The translations under genes were made by a program, and so were the position numbers. Positions 55,112-64,000 of a DNA stretch of 64,000 nucleotides are shown here, piece by piece. The stretch's first letter is position 1. Each line of letters begins with the position of its first letter. The DNA is taken from positions 17,174,001-17,238,000 of the forward strand of contig NW_024704756.1 of NCBI RefSeq assembly GCF_018977255.1, in the 5' to 3' direction. A model generated the notes under the pieces. The model saw only the letters and a list, made by a program, of their open reading frames with translations, was not told the DNA's origin and searched no databases. Source of the stretch: Callorhinchus milii (lineage: Eukaryota).

Positions 55112-55580
55112 ACCCGTCCCAGCCAGGCCAGCCCAGCCCGGCCTAGCCCGTCCCAGCCCTGCCCTGCTCGTCCCAGCCCATCCCAGCCCGGCCCGGACCA
55201 GCCCAGCCCGTCCCAGCCCATCCTGTCCCAGCCCAGCCCGTCCCATCCCATCCCAGTCCAGCCCGTCCCAGCCCTGCCCTGCCCATCCCGGCCCGGACCT
55301 GCCCAGCCCGTCCCAAACCATCCTGTCCCAGCCCATCCCGTCCCATCCCAGCCAGTCCCAGCCCATCCCATCCTAGCCCAGCCCGTCCCAGCCCAGCCTG
55401 TCTGATCCCATCCCAGCCCATCCCATCCCAGTCCAGCCTATCCTATCCTATCCTGTCCCGTCCCATCCCAGCCCATCCTATCCTATCCCATCCCATCCCG
55501 TCCCATCCCAGCCCAGCCCGTCCTATCCCATCCCATCCCAGTCCATCCCATCCCGTCCCAGCCCGGCCCGGCCCGGCCCG
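55112..55580. repeat. Degenerate pentamer repeat (CCCAG/CCCGT/CCCAT)n
   Basis: Directly visible. Confidence 0.9.
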
Positions 55581-55800
55581 GTGCTGAGCGCCAGCAGCTG
55601 GGAAGCTGTTGGATGGCCAGTCCCGCAGATCCAGGCCAGGTTTTGCGGCGGTGCGGGTCGGGCTGTGGCTGCGCTGCTCGGGGTGTGGACCCGGTGTCAG
55701 TGGAGAGGAGGGACGCGGTGCCGCGTCACCGGGATTCACAGCACCTCAGCGGGGAAGCGACCTGCGGGGCTGCCGCTGGGGAGAGGCGGAGGTACCGACC
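55580..55800 (+). promoter_or_regulatory. CpG-rich patch, possible non-coding first exon of the SYTL gene
   Basis: CpG-dense segment ending in a donor-like GAG|GTACCG at ~55791. The SYTL coding exon 4 kb downstream has an acceptor only 10 nt before its ATG, so it needs an upstream exon. Confidence 0.4.
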
Positions 55801-55804
55801 GCCG

Positions 55805-57070
55805 TGTGTGTGTGTGTGTGTTCCCTCACACCTGAGTGAGTGAATGAGTGAGTGAGTGAGAGTGAGTGAGTGAGTGTGTTCGCTCACCTGAGTGTGAGAG
55901 TGAGTGTGTTCCCTCACCTGAGTGTGAGAGTGAGTGTGTTCCCTCACCTGAGTGTGAGAGTGAGTGAGTGAGTGTGTTCCCTCACCTGAGTGTGAGAGTG
56001 AGTGAGTGAGTGTGTTCCCTCACCTGAGTGTGAGAGTGAGTGAGTGAATGTGTTCCCTCACCTGAGTGTGAGAGGGAGTGAGTGAGTGAGTGAGTGTGTT
56101 CCCTCACCTGAGTGTGAGAGGGAGTGAGTGAGTGAGTGTGTTCCCTGACTGCACGTACACTCAGCTCAAACCTGTAAACTCAACGTGGCGTCTTGCAGCC
56201 TTGTGTTTAGAGTTCCCCGGGGCAGAGTGAGAGAGTGAGCCGGGGCAGAGTGAGAGAGTTCCCCGGGGCAGAGTGAGAGAGTGAGCCGGGGCAGAGTGAG
56301 AGAGTGAGCCGGGGCAGAGTGAGAGAGTGAGCCGGGGCAGAGTGAGAGAGTGAGCCGGGGCAGAGTGAGAGAGTGAGCCGGGGCAGAGTGAGAGAGTGAG
56401 CCGGGGCAGAGTGAGAGAGTGAGCCGGGGCAGAGTGAGAGAGTTCCCTGGGGCAGAGTGAGAGAGTGAGCCGGGGCAGAGTGAGAGAGTGAGCCGGGGCA
56501 GAGTGAGAGAGTTCCCCGGGGCAGAGTGAGAGAGTGAGCCGGGGCAGAGTGAGAGAGTGAGCCGGGGCAGAGTGAGAGAGTGAGCCGGGGCAGAGTGAGA
56601 GAGTTCCCCGGGGCAGAGTGAGAGAGTGAGCCGGGGCAGAGTGAGAGAGTGAGCCGGGGCAGAGTGAGAGAGTTCCCCGGGGCAGAGTGAGAGAGTGAGC
56701 CGGGGCAGAGTGAGAGAGTGAGCCGGGGCAGAGTGAGAGAGTTCCCCGGGGCAGAGTGAGAGAGTGAGCCGGGGCAGAGTGAGAGAGTGAGCCGGGGCAG
56801 AGTGAGAGAGTGAGCCGGGGCAGAGTGAGAGAGTTCCCCGGGGCAGAGTGAGAGAGTGAGCCGGGGCAGAGTGAGAGAGTGAGCCGGGGCAGAGTGAGAG
56901 AGTGAGCCGGGGCAGAGTGAGAGAGTGAGCCGGGGCAGAGTGAGCCGGGGCAGTGAGCCGGGGCAGAGTGAGCTGGGGCAGAGTGAGAGAGTGAGCCGGG
57001 GCAGTGAGCCGGGGCAGAGAGCCGGGGCAGTGAGCCGGGGCAGTGAGCTGGGGCTGGGGCAGAGTGAGGG
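55805..57070. repeat. Two adjacent minisatellites
   Basis: GTGTTCCCTCACCTGAGTGTGAGA(GTGA)n at 55815-56145; a 23-bp unit GTGAGCCGGGGCAGAGTGAGAGA at 56210-57070. Confidence 0.92.
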
Positions 57071-57257
57071 TCGCTCCCTGGCCGCTCACTCACATCCTCG
57101 GGGTTTGTCCAGTTAATCCCTGTCCTTGTCCCTGGCAGCAGGTAATAGGTGTGTGTGTGTGTAGTAACTATCTGACTCAGTCACCTCCAGCTGTTACCTA
57201 CAGGATCTGTGTTTCATCTGAACTCAGCTAACTAACTTTTTCACCCTTCCATATGTT

Positions 57258-57288
<31 letters not shown>

Positions 57289-57311
57289 ATATCCACCCAC
57301 CTACCTCCATG

Positions 57312-57545
57312 TTGTAAAGTGTAGTGACTGGATATTGTGCGGGCAAAACATGCAGCCAATTTGTGCACAGCCGTGCCCCATGAATGATCCGTCAATCGAC
57401 TAACGACCGGGTTCCTATTTACTGCTGTGTAAACAGGGGCGTGTGTGTGGAGTAAGGAAACTTGCCTAAGGTTTCGCTCTGCCAGGAATCAAACCCAGGT
57501 CCTCTCGATTGGGAGGTGAGTGCACTAACCACTATGCTAAAGGGC
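57312..57545 (-). mobile_element. tRNA-derived SINE, 3'-truncated
   Basis: The - strand reads TAGCATAGTGGTTAGTGC..GGGTTTGATTCC, followed by the family body. Confidence 0.78.
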
Positions 57546-58254
57546 TCCACATAGTTGCCCCCTGAGTCATGCTGGTGGATGGCGCGGGGGGCTGTTTGGG
57601 GGGAGAGAAAAGCTCTATCTATGATTTAAAAGTGATCCTGGGAACGATGCTCCCTATTGCCTGTGAGTGACCAGTGCCTTGGGACGTCCTCTCAATGGGA
57701 AAGGTGCTACAGTATATAAACCTCATTTGTTGTTGTTGTTGTGCCAGTGAGGACTTGAGGGAACTTCTGTGTATGGGAATCTTTCAAAGATAATTGTCAC
57801 ATTGAGTGTAGCTGCTGTAAACTTCATCCCAGATGTTCCAGCGCCTTGGGACGTCCTCCCGACGTGAAAGGTGCTCTATAAATGCAATCTTGTTGTTGTT
57901 GTTGTTGAGACGAGCCGGGGAGCCTCAGCCAGGGGCAGGGACCGGAGCTGAGCTGCTGACAGGTTGTGGGGTGGGAGAGGAACGTCTCACACGCCTGTGA
58001 GAAGACTTTGCCGTCTTAGGCTGTGACGTAAAGTTTAAGCTGTTCAGAAGCTGTTCCTGGTGCTGGTGTTTACCTCAGGCAAGTGCTCTTCACTCTTACA
58101 CTTTACTGCTGTCGCTATCTGTCCCAGGGATGAGGCAATGCCCCAGGGAATCTGGGAATGTCCAGGAAATCCCCATCCCTCTCTTTCTGTCTTTAAATCC
58201 CATCTCAAATCTACATGGTGATTGTGGTAATTGATGTTGGTCGTTGTTGTTGAG

Positions 58255-58580
58255 GTTATTTTTGATTCCTGGGCTGGACAAAGTGAAACCTGAGGCAAGT
58301 TTCCTGCTCCACACATCTCTGTTTACCAGCAGTAATTAGGAACCGTGTTGTTAGTCAATTGGTGAATCGCTTTCTGGGGGCTAATAATCCCTTCAAAACA
58401 AATGAATAATTTGGTCACTCAATCCACGACTGTTTGTGGGACGCTGCTGTGCGCAATTGTCTGCTGCAATTTGCCCAAAAAATCCACAATCCATTCACTT
58501 TACAGTATATCCTGTGAAGTGCTTTGAAACGTCTCAATGACGTGATAAGGTGCTGTATCAAATGCAATGATTATTATTAC
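58255..58580 (+). mobile_element. SINE, 5'-truncated (same family)
   Basis: Body GGCAAGTTTCC..CAATCCACGACTGTTTGTGGGACGCTGCTGTGCGCAATT and (ATT)n tail. Further partial copies lie at ~15285-15490, 21845-22155, 27700-27845, 28745-28935, 29150-29270, 36810-37070, 60860-61030 and 62255-62470. Confidence 0.8.
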
Positions 58581-59019
58581 TGCATTATTCTTCCTTTTCA
58601 AGCATTTACCTTATTCCCCAAGAATTTATAGATCGCCTCAGTATTGCTTTGCTGCAGAGAATTCCACCTTCTCACCACTTGGTGTAAGGAAGTTTATTTC
58701 TAATCGCCCTTGAATTCCTAACCAGCCCTTTAATGACTTGCAGTATGCAAAAACTATGTGTTCCCCGGGTGTACCTTGTGCTGGAGTTTCATCCAATTTG
58801 GCTCGGGCTCCTGAAGGTTTTGTCTTATCTGAATTGTGGGGTGGGTTACTTTTGGACCTCTTACTGTAATTTTTGGGTGGTAATTTTTTAGGGGTAGGGG
58901 TTAGGGTATTAGGTTTGGTTTCGGGGTTAGGTTTGTGGTAGTTAGGTTAACACTTTGCACGGGCTAATGGGCAGCACCAATGCAAATTAGTGGATCACAG
59001 CAGCGAGAGAGAGAGACAG

Positions 59020-59181
59020 AGAAGTTGGATCCATTCAAATTTTCAAGATTGCGGTGGATAGGTAATGGATATGGGGCAGGGCGGGTATTTTGAGTTGAGG
59101 TACTGATCAGCCAAGATCGTATAGAATGGCGGAATAGGCTCGACGGGCTGAATGGCCTCCTCCTGTTTCTATGTTCCTATG
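59020..59181 (+). mobile_element. CR1 LINE 3' end remnant
   Basis: GATCAGCC..GAATGGCGGAATAGGCTCGACGGGCTGAATGGCCTCCTCCTG followed by a TTCTATG/TTCCTATG tail. Similar remnants lie at ~10775-10947 (+), 46030-46100 (-), 47820-47960 (-) and 62470-62640 (-). Confidence 0.7.
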
Positions 59182-59766
59182 AGAGAGGTTGCTGTGAGTG
59201 CCTGAGCCCCTGCGGGAGCTGGGGTCAGTCTGGGCTCTGATATGCTGTGCCATCTGTAGCTCACATGGGAGGGGGCTGGGGAGGAGGGGATGACCTATAC
59301 ACCCGGGATAGCCCGAGTGATGTGCTTCCTGCCCCAGGCTGGGAGGCACCTGGAGTCTGGGGAGGAAAGAATTGCTCAGTGGGAATGAAGTGGAAACACT
59401 CGGAGATGGGAAGTGTCCTGAGGTGGGAAGTGGAAAACGCACAACAATAATCCCATCGCCCCCATCCTCACCCGGCTCCCTGGCTCCCCATCCCCCAGGG
59501 GATAGAGCTCAAGCTCAAGCCTTTAAACGTCTCTTTGGCCTGGCTCCTGTTCCAACCTGTCCATTCCCTCCGCTCGGCAGACATGGCCTGCTCCGTGTCC
59601 CCTGCTCTGCCCATCCCATCAGCGGTCGGACCTACAGACTTTCTATCCCCACCCTCTGGGAATCCATCCTGGAGTCCCTTCGCATCCCACACTCTCTTTC
59701 TTGGGCCCCAGGGCTGACGTGTTTATCTCTGTACTAATTGTCCTCACTTCCCACAGGAGGAGTGGA

Positions 59767-62700
59767 ATGAGGAGTGAGATGGATGGCGGGGTGGACCTGA
59801 GCTTCCTTACGGATGAGGAGTATCGAGCCGTCCTGAAAGTCATCCACAGAGATTCCGAACTCAAGAAACGGGACAGCGAACGGATCAGGTGAGACTGTGT
59901 CTGGGCCTCATTCTCCCCGTCACCAACCCCCAGAGAGATGTACTGACACCAACACGACTCACAGCTGGGATGTGTTGCTCCGTTGATGTCCGTGTGTCAG
60001 GATTTGAGGATCTGAAGGAAACCCAGGAGAGAATGAAACTCCGAGGTTCAGACTTTTCCACGATTTTACAGAATTTTACATTTTAAGACAAAACGGTTTT
60101 AGGCTTAGACTCAGTGTCACTTTGGGCCTGTGGAGTTGGTCGTTTGTCCAGTGTGGCTGGTGGGGTTGGCTCCGGGCCAGAGGAAAGGCAGAGGGGACTG
60201 GGACCTGTGTGTAGCACCAGTTATCCATCTCCCATCGGGAGACTGAGTGCCGGCAGCGGCTTGTGATTGGATTCTGCTGCCCGAGCTCTTTCCTCACAGC
60301 ACTTGCCGTGCAGCCAGAGCTTATCAACATATATCCCTAGGTGTTGAGCTTTCATCACCAATGACATTTGCCCTTTATTAACACTCTCAGAAAGCAGAGA
60401 GACAATAATCCTGTTTGATGCTGGTAATGAGGACTAAAGTCCCCGCTAATAGCTATCATCTTACAGGAGACGAGAGGGAACTGAGGTATAGGATGCACGG
60501 TGTGTGCAGGTGTAGCCGGCCTGTTTCTCTGTGTCTCAGATGCCCTCCGGGTCTCACCATAGACTCATTGTGAAACACAGCACCTCTCGTACAGAGGGGA
60601 AACATTCCAACACTGAAACCCTTTTCCTATTCAACCTTCTCACTGATGGCACAGATCTCCTTCTCGGCACAGTGATTGACTTGGTGTGTTTCAGTGAATG
60701 TGAAGGAGTGTTTTGGTTTTATTTTCATTAAAATGTCCTCCAAAACCATGGCCTGAGATTTGTAACAAGATTCTAACATATACATTTAAAGGAATATAGA
60801 TTTATATACAGAACAATGGTATTTTTAGTAAAAGCCCATTTCCTTTATACTCCAAATAATTATAATAATCCTTGCATTTGATATAGCAACTTATCACGTC
60901 TTCGAGACGTCTCAAAGCACTTCACAGAATATACTGTATAGTGTAGTGACCGTGTAGTTAGTGAGTGAAACGCGGCAGCCAATTGTGCCCAGCAATGTCC
61001 CACAAACAGTCGTGATTTGAATGAACACATTTTGATGTGCTTGTTGTTGGTTGTTATGTATTGCATTTACTTAGCGCATGAAGAACATTATATAAATCCT
61101 AATAGTTGTGGTGGTTGTGGTTTGATCACTTCAATGATTTCCTTCTGAAGTAAATGAAGCAGGTCCCAGGACTCCCTGTGTAGCAGACCTCATACAGTGA
61201 CTGGCACTGTGTAATGTGTGGTGTGTAGTGACCAACCCCCCCAATTAGTTGTCAGCTCTGTGCTCATTGGGGGGGTGGGGGGAGAGTTACTGCTCCAGTC
61301 ACAGGGAGAAGAAAGCCCAATCCAACAATTTCTCTCTCTCTCTCTCCGGTATTTCCCATGTTAGACACCTGTGAAAGATTACCAAGCCAGGTGCTCGATC
61401 ACAAGGTGGGGGGGAGGGGATTGTGCTCCCCCCCCCGGGACTGACCGCAGGTACTCTCACTGCCCTGTTTCTTCCTGCAATGTTTCCTCCTGGTCACTGT
61501 TAGCAACTCTCCCCCTCGTTCCCCCTCAGACTGTCTCTGACCTCCTAATGCAGAAATCGCATGGCAGTGCGGAGACTTCTCTCTCCTCCCATCTAACCTT
61601 CAGGATTAGCTAATAATCACAGCAAATGCTCTTCCTCTCCAGTAGTTTAACTTGCTTCAGTCAGCAGGAAGTTGCTTCACTCCCTGTGCAGGTGGCAAAT
61701 ATTACCGTACTGGGGGGAGAGAGAGAGAGAGAGTGAAAAAGAGAAAGTATGTGAGAAAAAGAGAAATAGTTTGTGTGAGAGCAAGAGAGTGAAAGAAAGT
61801 GTTTGAGGGACAGATGAAGAGAGAAAGAGTGTGTATGAGAGCAAGAGTGTTTGAGAGACAGAGATGAAGAGCGAGTGTGTGTGTGAGACTGTGAAGTGAT
61901 TTGGTTTTAACCGTGTGTAAGAGCTAACCTTACACTTCTGGCCAACTAGTATACAATAGTTTTTAATGAAAGCCAAGACTGGAGTGTGGCTGTGTTAGTC
62001 TGGAGTGTGGCTGTGTTAGTCTCTGTTCCTCTTACATTGGGAGCAGACAATGGCAATGGCATGAGAGCTGGTTCTGTGTTTGGGGTGAGTCACGGTGTTG
62101 ATCTAGAGGGTGGGGGGTATACAGAAGAGTTCTTCAGGTTAGTGTCCCAGAGTTACAGCACGGAAATAGACCATTCAACCTCCACACCAACCTCCGCCCG
62201 CATGTTCCCTTCTCCTGTCCCTTCTATTTCCCTCTCCCTCATGCATGTAATAATCCTTAATAATCCTTGCATTTGATACAGCGTCTTATCACATCCTTCA
62301 GATGTCTCAAAGAGCTTCACAGAATATACTGTAAAGTGAATTGACTGTATATTTGTGGGCGAAACGCGGCAGCCAATTGCGCACAGCAGCGTCCCACAAA
62401 CAGTCATGGATTGAGTGAGCACATTATTATTATTATTATTGTTTTTTTAAGGGATTATTACCCCGGAAAATGTATTGGGTGTCATCTTAAAAATGCTGCT
62501 GCTTTCTGCCTCATCCATGTCTGTGTGTCTATCTGTCTGTGAGCTCCACACTCTCGCCACACTCTGTGTGAAGAGGTTCCTCCTGTTAGATGTGTTACTT
62601 TCCCTCTTATATTCATACCTTTTTGTCTTAGACTCACCAACAAGTGGACACAGCACTGCGGGCGTAATAAAAAACCCAATAAAAATCCTTCTGTGGATAA

Positions 62701-63016
62701 GCAGTCAGTAGGGATAATCGGATATTCAGGCAAAATACAAACTGGCTACACAGCTAACTAAAAAAAAATATTCTTTGACTGTCAGACCACTCTCTCTCTC
62801 TCTCCTCACTCTTTCTCATGCTCTTTTTCCCCGCTATCTCTCACACTCTCTCCCCCCCATCCCCCAGAGCGGTGCAGAAAAACCTTTGTGATGATAGGAA
62901 GAAGAAGCTGGTGACGGGTCAGTGGTTTGATGAGGTGAAAGCCAAACGATACCAGACTTCTCTCCACGCTGTGGACGTCATCAAGGCTTCGATACGGAGA
63001 AAAAAACCAGTGAAGG
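59767..63016 (+). CDS. Synaptotagmin-like protein (SYTL1/SYTL2 type), N-terminal Rab27-binding SHD, 3'-partial
   Basis: Exon 59757-59888 (ATG 59767; VDLSFLTDEEYRAVLKVIHRDSELKKRDSERIR = SHD1) spliced in phase to 62868-63016 (VTGQWFDEVKAKRY..DVIKASIRRKK = SHD2). The C2 domains are expected beyond the window. Confidence 0.85.
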
Positions 63017-64000
63017 GTAGGAGACGTGATGTGCCTGTCTCATTCTGTGTTTGATAAGGCGTCTTTTCATGTTGTTGAGATGTCTCAAAGCGCTTCACAG
63101 AATATGCTGTAAAGTGTAGTGACTGTTTCTGTAAGCAGACAAGACAACTCCAGACAGCGCTGATCTGGGCCTGTCAGTTTAGGGCTCTCTTGAGGGTGGA
63201 GTTGGGAGCTCTCTCTCTCTCTCCGAGTTGGTGTTGGGCCATAGTTAGCCAGACTCCCTCCAAAACCGTAAAGAGGAGCCACGGGAATCCTTGGTTGGAT
63301 TCACTCCACAGGATCCACCTGTAATTGTGTGTGCGCGTGTGTTTATGTGTGTTTGAGACACAGTCCTTGGGCAGCCTTGGTCACGTACAAATTCTCTTAC
63401 TCTCTCTTTCATTCTTTTACTCTCTCTCATTCTGAGTCTTAGGTCCTCTCACTCTCGGTCTCTGTCTGTCACTCTCACAGTCTTGCCCCATCACTGTATT
63501 ATCAACCTAGACTGTGAGCTGCGAGTCACCGAGGTGAGACTTGAGCCCAACCTCCCCTCTCCTCTCCTCCCCTCACTGCACCACATCACATCACACTCCG
63601 GAGACGGGCCATTGTGGAGAGGCGATGCCCAGCACCGACGTCCCTCGCTTTGATTGACATGAAAACAGCCGCAGTGTGAGAGGCTGCTTTCAGCCCAGCA
63701 TAATGGGACACTGTAGTGTGTGCGGCCAGGACAGCAGGACTGACCCACACCAGTAGCAGAACTCTGAGTGATCTCAGCCCATAGCCAATCACTGGGCAAC
63801 ACAGGCCTGTGTGTGTGCGTCTCTGTGTGTGGGTGAGTGTCTGTGTGTGGGTGAGTGTCTGTGTGTGGGTGAGTGTCTGTGGAGTGTCTGTGGGTTTGTG
63901 TGTGTGTGTATGTGAGTGTGTGAGTGAGTCAGTGTTTGTGTGTGTGGGTGTGGCTTATCGCTCCCCCACCCCAGCAAAGATCAACTTGCATTTATATAGC

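Noticed and set aside
56161-57093. 310/307-aa ORFs on the - strand
   Set aside because: Translations of the 23-bp tandem repeat.
58885-58950. TTAGGG-like interstitial telomere
   Set aside because: Too short and too degenerate.

Overview
Vertebrate genomic DNA, most likely a cartilaginous fish and possibly a chimaera. This is inferred from the tRNA-derived and Deu-domain SINEs, CR1/L2 remnants and a 54-bp dispersed minisatellite. There are two N gaps. Seven protein-coding genes could be built by hand from GT-AG sites and reading phase: (1) OPHN1-type BAR-PH-RhoGAP (- strand, 17 coding exons, running off the left edge); (2,3) two large proteins I do not recognise, arranged head-to-head around a shared CCAAT/GC-rich promoter at ~28.1-28.4 kb; (4) STEEP1/CXorf56; (5) a 13-exon heat shock factor with mixed HSF2/HSF3 features; (6) an intronless C21orf140/FAM243-like gene that resembles a catalytically dead DDE transposase; (7) the first two coding exons of a zinc-finger-less synaptotagmin-like (SYTL1/2-type) Rab27 effector. 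The best candidate for something undescribed is the head-to-head pair. The two genes look like diverged paralogues (matching exon sizes/phases and short motifs) and carry candidate mitotic motifs: D-box, RRFS, Plk1-type N-x-T-F repeats, S-T-P, SxIP and coiled coils. All names come from recognising sequences from memory; no database search was run.
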